Shown here piece after piece: positions 1 through 8,330 of a DNA stretch of 64,000 bases. The stretch covers positions 307,061 to 371,060 of the forward strand of contig CAZKGL010000001.1 in NCBI GenBank assembly GCA_964552565.1, written 5' to 3'. Under the pieces are notes generated by a model. The model was not told the DNA's origin and ran no database searches. It saw nothing but the letters and a program-made list of their open reading frames with translations. The stretch comes from an uncultured Gammaproteobacteria bacterium. Its GTDB lineage: Bacteria > Patescibacteriota > Patescibacteriia > UBA9934. The position numbers and the translations under genes are program-made. The stretch's first letter is position 1. Every line of letters begins with the position of its first letter.

Positions 1-319
1 ACACGTGAATAATGACCTCGACACGCCGGGCGCGCTCGCCGTGCTCTGGACGTTCGTAAACGACGCGGGCGTGCAAAGCGACGTGAAGGCGGCGACCGTG
101 CTTGCGATGGACGAGGTGCTTGGGCTGGCGTTGGAAGACGTCGTCGCGCGTCCCATCCGCATGACGGATGAAGCGCAGAAACTGCTCGACGAACGCCAGG
201 CTGCGCGTGCGGCGAAGGATTGGGGGAAATCGGACGCGCTGCGCGACCAGCTCGCGGAGCTCGGCTATCTGGTCGAGGACACGGCAGAAGGGCAGCGGGT
301 GCGGGAGAAGCGGTACTAA
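1..319 (+). CDS. cysS: Cysteinyl-tRNA synthetase, C-terminal part (gene runs off window start)
   Basis: NNDLDTPGAL (DALR-like) and RAAKDWGKSDALRDQLAELGYLVEDT anticodon-binding C-terminus typical of CysRS. Confidence 0.9.
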   Translation, partial: HVNNDLDTPGALAVLWTFVNDAGVQSDVKAATVLAMDEVLGLALEDVVARPIRMTDEAQKLLDERQAARAAKDWGKSDALRDQLAELGYLVEDTAEGQRVREKRY

Positions 320-323
320 GTTG

Positions 324-429
324 GCCGGGTCCTGCCGCCTTCGCACCCTGTCGCGCTGAGCGCGACCCTGTTGGGCGCTCGACTGGCGTCTACGCGCCCA
401 AGCAGGGGACCTGCTCGGCGTCACCCGGC
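324..429 (+). repeat. Structured dispersed repeat, copy 1 (with 20-nt internal insertion)
   Basis: GGGTCCTGCCGCCTTCGCACCCTG...CAGGGGACCTGCTCGGCGTCACCC shared with 15688-15784, 46214-46308 (rc) and 50722-50818. Confidence 0.95.
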
Positions 430-449
430 TGTCGTGTGAGCCTGGCTCT

Positions 450-475
450 GAAGCTCAGCTTCGAAGCTGAGCTTC
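450..475. repeat. Perfect 26-bp palindrome / hairpin
   Basis: GAAGCTCAGCTTCGAAGCTGAGCTTC is its own reverse complement. Confidence 0.9.
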
Positions 476-481
476 CGAGTT

Positions 482-628
482 GTGCATAACGACCGTTGAC
501 AACGTGTCCATGAAGATGATGAACTGAAGATACGCAAAATCAATAAGACTATTGATTTTGGGCTCAACGAAAAAGCTTCCCTACTTCTTTATGAAGTGTT
601 GGGGAGCTTTTCGTTTGTCAAAATGCAT
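482..628 (+). ncRNA. Putative multi-stem structured RNA immediately 5' of the tRNA-like element
   Basis: Closing pairs TGCAT/ATGCA and TTGACAA/TTGTCAA enclose hairpins CGTGTC..GATACG, CAAAATCAATA/TATTGATTTTG and AACGAAAAAGCTTCCC/GGGGAGCTTTTCGTT; AT-rich relative to flanks. Confidence 0.45.
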
Positions 629-706
629 GGGCCTGTCAGCATAACGGTAATGCTATCGGCGTTGAGCCCCGAGTATGTCGGTTCGAATCCGGTCGGGTCC
701 ACACCA
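629..706 (+). tRNA. Atypical tRNA or tRNA-like element (nominal anticodon TGA, short variable loop, G3-U70 pair)
   Basis: Acceptor GGGCCTG/CGGGTCC, D-stem AGCA/TGCT with GG in loop, T-arm GTCGG-TTCGAAT-CCGGT; anticodon arm TCGGC-GTTGAGC-CCCGA has a C-C mismatch and G32; ends ACACCA. Confidence 0.65.
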
Positions 707-729
707 CGAAAATGTGCTACACTATCGTC

Positions 730-1263
730 ATGCCCGACGAAGGGACGGAGAAGAGCGTGACCAGTAATATGCTCGCACCGGAAAGCGGTGCGAAGGTTGA
801 GGCTGCCACGGAGGCGGCGCCGGAAAAGCCGCTGGAGATGCACGGCGCGGACATGGAGGAGCCCGAGCCGCAGCCCAAGGAACAAGAACATCCCGCGTCC
901 CCGCCGCAGCCCCCCGAGCCCGCACCGGCTCCTGCGCCCGCCGCCGCGCCGCCGGCAAAGGACAAGGCGGTCGTCGATGTGGAGAACATCCTCGCGTCCG
1001 GCCTCGAAGCGATGTACACGCAGCTGCCCGATGCAAAGAAGACGGCGTTCCGGCAGAAGGGCGAAGAGGTCGCGCGCGCCATCGTGCAGATGTTCCAAAC
1101 CGGAAGGGTAAAGGTCCATGCCATCCTCGACGCCATCCGTGACTGGCTGCGCATGATTCCCGGCGTGAACAAGTTTTTCTTGGAACAGGAAGCAAAGATC
1201 AAGACCGACCGCGTCCTCGCGTACGGCGAGAAGGCGTCGAAGGAGCAAACTAACGAAGTCTAG
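730..1263 (+). CDS. Hypothetical protein, Pro/Glu-rich N-terminus and helical C-terminal domain
   Basis: ORF 712..1263; start placed at 730 downstream of TGnTACACT; C-terminus WLRMIPGVNKFFLEQEAKIKTD; directly upstream of the ATPase. Confidence 0.75.
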   Translation: MPDEGTEKSVTSNMLAPESGAKVEAATEAAPEKPLEMHGADMEEPEPQPKEQEHPASPPQPPEPAPAPAPAAAPPAKDKAVVDVENILASGLEAMYTQLPDAKKTAFRQKGEEVARAIVQMFQTGRVKVHAILDAIRDWLRMIPGVNKFFLEQEAKIKTDRVLAYGEKASKEQTNEV

Positions 1264-1282
1264 TGTGGGAGGAGCGCTTGTC

Positions 1283-3802
1283 ATGACGGCATACGCGAAG
1301 ACGTCCGGTCTCAACACCGCGTCCGACCTTTCGTTTGCCCCGTACCTCGTCGTTGCGGCGATCCTCGCGGCCATCGTCGCGGTTGCGTTTTTCGTGGCGC
1401 GGTCGATGCTGCGCAAGAAATCGCGCCAGCGGGGCGGGGCGTACACGAACGTCACGCTCATGGTGACGATCCCCAAGTTCCGCAGCGAGGAAGAGGCGAA
1501 GGGCAACGACACCCAGCAGACCGTCAAGGAGTCGATTGCGATCGCCGAAACGTTCTTTTCCGCGGTCGGCGGCTTGAAGCCGGAGCACGGGTTGAAGGCG
1601 TGGCTGTACGGCCGCCCGGATTCCCTTGCGCTCGAGATCGTCGCGCACGCAAAGCTGGTGACGTTCTTCGTGACGGTGCCGCGGTATCTGCAGGAGTTCA
1701 TCGAACAGCAGCTCCATGCACAGTACAGCGACGCGCACATCGAGCCGGTCGAGGACTACAACCTGTTTGCGCCGACGGGCACGGTGCTCGGCGGCTATTT
1801 GACGTTAAAGCGCCAAAGCGTCTTCCCGCTCAAGACGTACAAGGAGCTCGATTCGGACCCCATGAACGCGCTCACGAACGCGTTGTCGAAGGTGCAGGAG
1901 GGCGACGGCGTTGCGGTGCAGTACATCGTGCGGCCAGCGCACCACGGCTGGCGCGAGCTTGGCGCGAAGATCGTGCGCAACATGAACAACGGCATGACGC
2001 TCGAGGAAGCGACGAAGGGCAAGTCGATGGCGAGCTGGTTTGCGACGAAGGAAGACGTCGAAAAGAAAAAAGAGGAGAAGCGCGAGCGCAAACTCTCCCA
2101 AGCTGAGCAGAAGATGGTCGAGGGGATCGGCAACAAGATCAGCAAGGCCGGCATGGAGGTCAATGTGCGCGTCGTGTCGTCCGCGCAATCGGCGGACACC
2201 GCGCTTGCGAACCTGAACAACGTGCTCCAGGCGTTCAGCCAGTACAACATTTACGAATACGGCAATTCGTTCAGCAAGGTCATCCCGCCGGGGAAGGGCA
2301 AGCTTATCGACGCGTTCATTTTCCGCACGTTCGAGGAGCGCCAGCGCGTCATCCTGAACACGGAAGAGATGGCGTCGCTCTGGCACCTGCCGCTCCCGTC
2401 GACCGATACCCCGAACATCCGCTGGATGCTTGCGCGCGTCGCGCCGGCGCCGACGAACACCCCGACCGAGGGCCTCTTGCTCGGGTTCAATACGTTCCGC
2501 GGCGTGAAGAAGGACGTCTACCTCAAGGATGCCGACCGCCGACGCCACCTGTACATCATCGGTAAAACGGGCGCCGGTAAGTCGGAGTTCATCAAGAACC
2601 AGGCGATCCAGGATATCCGGAACGGCAAGGGCGTCGCGGTCATCGACCCGCACGGCGACCTGGCGGACGGGCTGCTTGAACTCATCCCGAAGCATCGTTA
2701 CGACGACGTCATCTACTTCAATCCGTCCGACATGGAGCGCCCGATGGGTCTCAACATGCTCGAGGCGCCCAACGAGCAGATGCGCGACTTCGCCGTGCAG
2801 GAGATGATCAGCATCTTCTACATGCTGTTCCCGCCGGAGATGATCGGTCCCATGTTCGAGCACAACATGCGCAACTACATGCTGACGCTCATGGCCGACG
2901 TCGAGCATCCGGGCACCATCGTCGAGATCCCGCGCATGATTGCGGACGAGAAGTTCCAGCAGCAGTGGGTCGCGAAGGTCAAGGACCCGGTGGTGCGCAG
3001 CTTCTGGGAGGACGAGATGGCGAAGACGAGCGACTACCACAAGAGCGAGATGATGGGCTACCTCGTCAGCAAGGTCGGCCGTTTCGTCGAGAACGAGATG
3101 ATGCGCAATATCATCGGCCAGTCGAAGAGCGCGTTCAACTTCCGCGAGATCATGGACGAGGGCAAGATCCTCCTCGTTAACCTGTCGAAGGGCAAGACCG
3201 GCGAGGTGAACGGGAACCTCCTCGGCCTCATCCTTGTCGCGAAGCTCCAGATGGCGGCGTTCACCCGCGCGGACATCCCGGAGCCGGAGCGCAAGGATTT
3301 CTACCTGTACATCGACGAGTTCCAGAACTTCGTCACGCCGTCGATCGCCACGATCCTTTCCGAGGCGCGTAAGTACCGCCTGAACCTCGTGATGGCGCAC
3401 CAGTACATGGGGCAGCTTGTGAAGGACGGGAGGAGCGAGATCCGCGACGCTGTGCTTGGCAACGTCGGCAGCATGTTCGTGTCACGCATCGGTCCTGAAG
3501 ACACGGAGGTGCTTGCGAAGATCTACGAACCGACCTTCTCGCCGTACGACCTCATGAACAATGAGGCATACAGCTGGAATGCGAAGATCATCATCGACAA
3601 CTCGCAGGAGAAGCCGTTTACGCTCAAGGCGTATCCCCCGGAGAAGGGAAAGCCGAAGGTGGGCGAGGCCCTGAAGGAGATCTCGCGCCTCCTGTACGGA
3701 CGCGACAAGGGCATCGTGGAGCGCGAAATTACGATCCGCGCCGGGCTCGGCATGAAGCCGCCCGTAAAGCCCGTCGCCCCTGTTTCACCTCCAAGCCTCT
3801 AG
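1283..3802 (+). CDS. Membrane-anchored VirD4/TraD/HerA-like P-loop ATPase (T4SS coupling-protein-like, CPR type)
   Basis: N-terminal TM; RRRHLYIIGKTGAGKS Walker A, VIDPHGD, LYIDEFQNF Walker B, LSEARKYRLNLVMAHQY; start uncertain (1265 or 1283). Confidence 0.85.
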   Translation: MTAYAKTSGLNTASDLSFAPYLVVAAILAAIVAVAFFVARSMLRKKSRQRGGAYTNVTLMVTIPKFRSEEEAKGNDTQQTVKESIAIAETFFSAVGGLKPEHGLKAWLYGRPDSLALEIVAHAKLVTFFVTVPRYLQEFIEQQLHAQYSDAHIEPVEDYNLFAPTGTVLGGYLTLKRQSVFPLKTYKELDSDPMNALTNALSKVQEGDGVAVQYIVRPAHHGWRELGAKIVRNMNNGMTLEEATKGKSMASWFATKEDVEKKKEEKRERKLSQAEQKMVEGIGNKISKAGMEVNVRVVSSAQSADTALANLNNVLQAFSQYNIYEYGNSFSKVIPPGKGKLIDAFIFRTFEERQRVILNTEEMASLWHLPLPSTDTPNIRWMLARVAPAPTNTPTEGLLLGFNTFRGVKKDVYLKDADRRRHLYIIGKTGAGKSEFIKNQAIQDIRNGKGVAVIDPHGDLADGLLELIPKHRYDDVIYFNPSDMERPMGLNMLEAPNEQMRDFAVQEMISIFYMLFPPEMIGPMFEHNMRNYMLTLMADVEHPGTIVEIPRMIADEKFQQQWVAKVKDPVVRSFWEDEMAKTSDYHKSEMMGYLVSKVGRFVENEMMRNIIGQSKSAFNFREIMDEGKILLVNLSKGKTGEVNGNLLGLILVAKLQMAAFTRADIPEPERKDFYLYIDEFQNFVTPSIATILSEARKYRLNLVMAHQYMGQLVKDGRSEIRDAVLGNVGSMFVSRIGPEDTEVLAKIYEPTFSPYDLMNNEAYSWNAKIIIDNSQEKPFTLKAYPPEKGKPKVGEALKEISRLLYGRDKGIVEREITIRAGLGMKPPVKPVAPVSPPSL

Positions 3803-3822
3803 TGTGCTAGTCTAGGCACACT

Positions 3823-5328
3823 ATGGCCGAGACGCTCTACCGCAAATACCGCCCACAGACCTTTGCCGATGTCGCCGAGCAGGACCATGTCCGGCGTACC
3901 GTCGAGAACCAGCTGAAGACCGACACGGTCGCGCACGCGTACCTCTTTTCGGGTCCGCGCGGCGTCGGCAAGACGACGATTGCCCGTCTCCTCGCAAAGG
4001 CGGTGAACTGTACCGGACGCGCCGCGGGGCAGAGCGAGCCGTGTAATGCGTGCTCGCATTGCGCCGACTTCGCCGCAGGGAGGTTTTTGGACGCCATCGA
4101 GATCGACGCGGCGTCGCACACCGGCGTCGACAACGTCCGCGAAAACGTCATCGAGAACGTCCGTTTTGTCCCGCAGCGGGGCAAGTACAAGGTCTTCATC
4201 ATCGACGAAGTGCACATGCTCTCGACGAGCGCGTTCAACGCGCTCCTGAAAACGCTCGAGGAACCGCCGGCGCACGTCATGTTCATTTTCGCCACGACCG
4301 AACTCCACAAGATTCCCGCGACCATTGTCTCGCGCTGCCAGCGGTTTGATTTCCACCGTATCCCGGCGGACGAGATGGTGGGGCGCCTCGGCCGTATTGC
4401 AAAGGCGGAGGGCGTCACCGTCGACGAGGACGTGCTGCGCACCATCGCGAAGCTCCCGGAGGGCTGCCTGCGCGACGCGGAGAGCCTGTTCGGCCAGGTC
4501 TTGTCCGTCGGCGGGCCGCAGATCACCGCGGAGTCGGCGTCGGCCGTGTTGCCGATGACGACCATCGCGCTTGTGCGGGACCTTCTCGAGTGCGTGGTCG
4601 TGAAGGACATGCCGGGCATCATCGCCAAGCTCACGGCCTTTGTTGACGAGGGCGGATCGGTGAAACAGCTGCACGATGAGCTGATTGAGGAGGCGCGCGA
4701 CGTCATGTGCGCGGCGATCGAGGGGAAGGAGGCGGCGGTTGACGCGGCCTCGGCGCGCCGCCTGCTCGACCTGTTGCTTGCTGCGCGGAACCGCCCGTCG
4801 CTCGCCATCCTTCCGCAGCTGCCGCTTGAACTGGCATTGGTCGAATTTGTGCTTGGCAATCCGTCGGCCCCTGCCACGCCCTCCGCACCGCCTCCGGCCC
4901 CTCCCAGGGGAGGAGGGGAGCCGCGCGGGCTTGTCGGGCCGCGTCCTGCACAGCCCCCACACCATCCCACCACCCCACCATCCACCAACGACACGACGCC
5001 GTCCGGCGCGCTCTCTTTTACGCTTGACGATATCCAGAACAAGTGGGAGCGATGCTGCGACTATGTCGCGGACCGGAACGTGGCGCTGCCGCTCGTGCTG
5101 CGCGCCGGCAAGCCGATGACGGTCGAGGGGAACCGCGTGACGATCGGCTTCGCGTACGGGTTCCACGCCGACGCCTGCAAGGAACAGAAAAACATCCGCC
5201 TTATCGAAGACGCGGTCGCGGCGGTCATGATGGAGCGGCCGATCGTCGGCGTCGCGGTGTTGCCGCAAACGAACACCGACCCGCTCGGCGACCTTGCGGC
5301 CGCGTTCGGCGGATCGGTGGTGGGCTAG
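3823..5328 (+). CDS. dnaX: DNA polymerase III subunit gamma/tau
   Basis: LYRKYRPQTF, GPRGVGKTT, zinc module, IDEVHMLS, SRCQRF. Confidence 0.97.
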   Translation: MAETLYRKYRPQTFADVAEQDHVRRTVENQLKTDTVAHAYLFSGPRGVGKTTIARLLAKAVNCTGRAAGQSEPCNACSHCADFAAGRFLDAIEIDAASHTGVDNVRENVIENVRFVPQRGKYKVFIIDEVHMLSTSAFNALLKTLEEPPAHVMFIFATTELHKIPATIVSRCQRFDFHRIPADEMVGRLGRIAKAEGVTVDEDVLRTIAKLPEGCLRDAESLFGQVLSVGGPQITAESASAVLPMTTIALVRDLLECVVVKDMPGIIAKLTAFVDEGGSVKQLHDELIEEARDVMCAAIEGKEAAVDAASARRLLDLLLAARNRPSLAILPQLPLELALVEFVLGNPSAPATPSAPPPAPPRGGGEPRGLVGPRPAQPPHHPTTPPSTNDTTPSGALSFTLDDIQNKWERCCDYVADRNVALPLVLRAGKPMTVEGNRVTIGFAYGFHADACKEQKNIRLIEDAVAAVMMERPIVGVAVLPQTNTDPLGDLAAAFGGSVVG

Positions 5329-5681
5329 TCGTTCAGGCCGAGGAGCACTTGCGCCTTGGCGATGTCGTCGTAAATTTTTTTGCGCATGACCTCTTCCGAT
5401 TCCCAGGGGATGAGGTCGCTGACCTTGTCGCCGATTTCGACGGCGAGCGTTTCTCCCATGAGCTCAAGGTCGGCGTTGAGGATGTGTACTTCGAATTTCT
5501 TGAGCCCGTCCGCGCCGTAGCAGATGATGGACGGGAGCGCGGTGCCTTTGTAGCTTGTCCGTCCGATGTACACGCCCGCGGGAATGCCAAGCGGCGCCTC
5601 GAGCGCGAGGTTTGCGGTAGGGGTGCCGAACATTTTTCCGGCGAGCCCCTGGCCTCTGACGACGGTCCCCCGGACGATCAT
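5325..5681 (-). CDS. Stand-alone riboflavin kinase domain
   Basis: GTVVRGQGL..GTPTANL (PTAN motif), GVY, EVHIL; no FAD synthetase domain. Confidence 0.8.
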   Translation of the reverse strand: MIVRGTVVRGQGLAGKMFGTPTANLALEAPLGIPAGVYIGRTSYKGTALPSIICYGADGLKKFEVHILNADLELMGETLAVEIGDKVSDLIPWESEEVMRKKIYDDIAKAQVLLGLND

Positions 5682-6136
5682 AGGTCAAGCGTTGCCATTT
5701 CGAGCGCGACGTGCGCGGCTTCTGCGCCGCGGTTCATGGGCCCATCCCCTGCGCGTTCCTCCGCCTGCGCCTTGTCATTGACGGTCAGGACGCCGGCGAC
5801 GACCGGGAGGTTGTGGCCGATGGCGATGTCCTTCATGCCGTCGTACACCGCATGCGCGAGGTACTCGTCATGTTTCGTTGCGCCCTTGATGATGGCTCCT
5901 AGACAAATAATAGCATGGTACCGTTCGGCCGACGCCAGCATGTTCGCCGCATGGATGATTTCGAACGACCCGGGGACCTCGACGACACGGATACGATCGT
6001 CCGTGACGCCGCTGTCGCGAAGTACCTGGAGCGCCCCGTCGAGCAGTCCCTGGGTGATGGCATCGTTGAACCGTGCCCGGACGATGGCGACGCGGAGTCC
6101 GCCCCCGTCGACCGCGCGGAAGGTGTTGTGGTCCAT
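5678..6136 (-). CDS. ribH: 6,7-dimethyl-8-ribityllumazine synthase
   Basis: ARFNDAIT, VPGSFEI, LGAIIKGATKH, GVLT..QA.ERAG. Confidence 0.95.
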   Translation of the reverse strand: MDHNTFRAVDGGGLRVAIVRARFNDAITQGLLDGALQVLRDSGVTDDRIRVVEVPGSFEIIHAANMLASAERYHAIICLGAIIKGATKHDEYLAHAVYDGMKDIAIGHNLPVVAGVLTVNDKAQAEERAGDGPMNRGAEAAHVALEMATLDL

Positions 6137-6196
6137 AGTGGAGCAAGCGTAGGCGAAGCGCTTGGATATTGCAACGTCAGCAGTCCGGTTGACGGA

Positions 6197-6225
6197 TTGA
6201 CGCGGTCGGCCGGAAATGCTATTCT
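6197..6225 (+). promoter_or_regulatory. Sigma70-type promoter of tRNA-Gln
   Basis: TTGACG-17 bp-TATTCT with extended TG. Confidence 0.7.
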
Positions 6226-6245
6226 CAGGCCGAAAATTGAACTCC

Positions 6246-6319
6246 TCCGGGATCGTCTAACGGCAGGACAACGGACTCTGAATCCGTTTATCTTGGTTCG
6301 AATCCAAGTCCCGGAACCA
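6246..6319 (+). tRNA. tRNA-Gln(CTG)
   Basis: Cloverleaf TCCGGGA/TCCCGGA, anticodon arm ACGGA-CTCTGAA-TCCGT, GGTTCGAATCC, encoded CCA. Confidence 0.97.
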
Positions 6320-6354
6320 CGAAAAAACAACGGCAAACCCGTTGTTTTTTCGTG
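6318..6354 (+). terminator. Intrinsic terminator after tRNA-Gln
   Basis: CACGAAAAAACAACGG-CAAAC-CCGTTGTTTTTTCGTG hairpin with T tract. Confidence 0.75.
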
Positions 6355-6453
6355 CCACGTGGTCGGAGGAACCATGTCCGACGACTTTACGTGGCTGTAT
6401 TATTGCCGTTGTTCTCGTGGCAGGCCGCCGTTTTGATAGAATAGTTCCGACAT

Positions 6454-6912
6454 ATGAAAACGTACCTCCTCCTCGCTCTTATCGTGCTTTTGCTCCTCGG
6501 CCTGGTTGCGTGGTTTTTCCGCCCCGAGCTTCCGACGACCGACGTCGTCCTCGCCGACGATGTTGCGCTGTATATCCCCGACCAGCGGGCGGGCGGCCAG
6601 CTTGTCGGCGCGGTCGTGTCGACGCCGTCCGGCGGGTTCGTCATCGTGCATGAGCGTACCGAGGCCGGCGCCGGGGCGATTATCGGGGGGACAGGACTGC
6701 TGCCGCCCGGCCGGGTCGACGCGTTCGCCATCCCCCTCGAGCGGGACGCAGCGGACGGGGAGTGGCTGTACGCCATGTTGTACGCCGATACGGACGGCAA
6801 CGGGGACTTTACGGCCGGGGCGGACCAGCCCATGCGCGACAGTGCCGGCGCCACGGTGTACGGCATTCTCCAGACGCGGTCCGACCTCCCGAAATATCGC
6901 GCCAGGGAATAG
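6454..6912 (+). CDS. Membrane-anchored hypothetical protein (Ig-like extracellular domain with acidic Ca-binding-like loop)
   Basis: N-terminal TM; GGFVIVH, AMLYADTDGNGDF. Confidence 0.7.
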   Translation: MKTYLLLALIVLLLLGLVAWFFRPELPTTDVVLADDVALYIPDQRAGGQLVGAVVSTPSGGFVIVHERTEAGAGAIIGGTGLLPPGRVDAFAIPLERDAADGEWLYAMLYADTDGNGDFTAGADQPMRDSAGATVYGILQTRSDLPKYRARE

Positions 6913-7050
6913 GGGGTTCGGATTGGGTGGCCGTGTCAGTAGTACGCCTGACACGTGGCGGCGGTGGGGCAGCTATCCACAGGCCCCGCGTCTCTTGCAA
7001 AAACTTTGGGAGGTTATACTATAACGGCCACGTAATTCATATCACGCACT

Positions 7051-7230
7051 ATGAACACCGCAATCGCGACGGAACTCGAACTCAACGTACTCACCCCGGT
7101 GGCAATGGATCCGGATGAGGACGCGGGCGACGACATGGCCGATGATGATGAGGACGAGGAAGAGGCTGAAGGTGAGGAAGGCGATGAAGATGAGGAAGAG
7201 GCTGAAGGTGAGGAAGGCGACGACATGTAA
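7051..7230 (+). CDS. Small highly acidic protein (59 aa; below the ORF-track cutoff)
   Basis: MNTAIATELELNVLTPVAMDPDEDAGDDMADDDEDEEEAEGEEGDEDEEEAEGEEGDDM*; upstream TTGCAA and -10-like boxes, downstream terminator. Confidence 0.7.
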   Translation: MNTAIATELELNVLTPVAMDPDEDAGDDMADDDEDEEEAEGEEGDEDEEEAEGEEGDDM

Positions 7231-7232
7231 AT

Positions 7233-7264
7233 AAAATAGCGCGGCCATGCGGCCGTGCTATTTT
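7233..7264. terminator. Bidirectional intrinsic terminator
   Basis: AAAATAGCGCGGCC-ATGC-GGCCGTGCTATTTT between convergent genes. Confidence 0.75.
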
Positions 7265-8273
7265 ATTTCCCCATCAACACCGCGGGGCGGAAGGTGAGGG
7301 TGTCGTTTGCGTCATGGTCGTCCTCGAACTGTTGGAAGATCGCTTCAAGTTCCTCCGGCGTCGCCGCTTTCATCATCGCGTCCTTGTACTTTTTCATTTG
7401 TGGCATCCCCTTGAAGTACCACGACAAGTGTTTGCGGAACGTCGGGACGGAGTTGGGCCCGTACTGCTCGAGATGCAGCGCGAGATGGCGGCGCACCACG
7501 CGCATGCGTTCGCCGAACGTCACCGGCGTCGGCGTCTTACCCGCGAGCACCTCGTTGATCTGCGTGAAGATCCACGGGTTGCCGAGCGCGCCGCGGGCGA
7601 TGAGCACGCCGTCTGCGCCGCTCTGCTTGAGTGCGTCGGCGACTTTCTCGGCCGTGTGGATGTCGCCATTCACGAGGACGGGAATGCGCACCGCCTTTTT
7701 CACTTCACCGACCTTCTTCCAGTCCGCAACGCCGCTGTAGCCCTGGCACTTCGTCCGGCCGTGGACGGTCAGCAGGTCGGCGCCGGCGTCCTCGAGCGTC
7801 TTGGCGAACGCGACGCAATCGTTTGGGTCTTCCCAGCCCAAGCGGATTTTCACCGACAAGGGGACGCTGATTGCTGCCTTCATCGCTTGTACGATGTCTG
7901 CGGCAAGTGCCGGCTGCTGCATGAGCGCGGCGCCGTTGAAGCTGTGGACGATCTTGTACACGGGGCAGCCCATGTTGATGTCGAACCCTTCGGGGCAGTG
8001 CTCGGCCTCGATGATGCGCGCCGCCTCTGCCATCGTCGTCGGGTCGCTGCCGAACACCTGTTGCACGAGCGGGCGCTCGTCAGCATGGATCTCCGTCATG
8101 CCGAGCGTCTTGTCGTTCCCGCGCACGACCGCCTCTGCCGAGACCATTTCGCGGAACACAATAGGGTTCGCGATCTCTTTGACGATGCGGCAAAAGGCAG
8201 AGTCCGTCATGTCAGCCATCGGGGAGAGGGCGACAATCGGGCGCGGCAGGGTGTTCCAGTCGAGTGCGGGCAC
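7263..8273 (-). CDS. dusB: tRNA-dihydrouridine synthase (DusB family)
   Basis: LSPMADMTD, DINMGCP, SVKIRLG, TVHGRT, NGDI, IARGALGNPWIF; start placed at GTG 8273. Confidence 0.9.
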   Translation of the reverse strand: MPALDWNTLPRPIVALSPMADMTDSAFCRIVKEIANPIVFREMVSAEAVVRGNDKTLGMTEIHADERPLVQQVFGSDPTTMAEAARIIEAEHCPEGFDINMGCPVYKIVHSFNGAALMQQPALAADIVQAMKAAISVPLSVKIRLGWEDPNDCVAFAKTLEDAGADLLTVHGRTKCQGYSGVADWKKVGEVKKAVRIPVLVNGDIHTAEKVADALKQSGADGVLIARGALGNPWIFTQINEVLAGKTPTPVTFGERMRVVRRHLALHLEQYGPNSVPTFRKHLSWYFKGMPQMKKYKDAMMKAATPEELEAIFQQFEDDHDANDTLTFRPAVLMGK

Positions 8274-8330
8274 AAGACGATGAGTATAGCCGGTTTTCGC
8301 ATCGCCGACAAGGTGGTACGATGTCCGCAT

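Noticed and set aside
481-489. DnaA box (TGTGCATAA), and a near-match at 6973-6981, as oriC
   Set aside because: Isolated boxes with no cluster, and no dnaA/dnaN nearby.
482-706. tmRNA (suggested by the G3-U70 acceptor)
   Set aside because: The element has a D-stem and a closed 17-nt anticodon arm with no internal tag ORF or pseudoknots, and the order does not fit a permuted tmRNA.
1283-3802. Conjugative element or ICE
   Set aside because: No relaxase, integrase or mating-pair genes; flanked by core genes with the same codon style.
3823-5328. Programmed dnaX frameshift
   Set aside because: No A-AAA-AAG or long homopolymer slippery site seen in the linker.
6137-6245. FMN riboswitch upstream of ribH; T-boxes upstream of alaS and serS
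   Set aside because: No consensus motifs found; the visible leaders are short and occupied by promoters, and the serS leader is cut by the window end.
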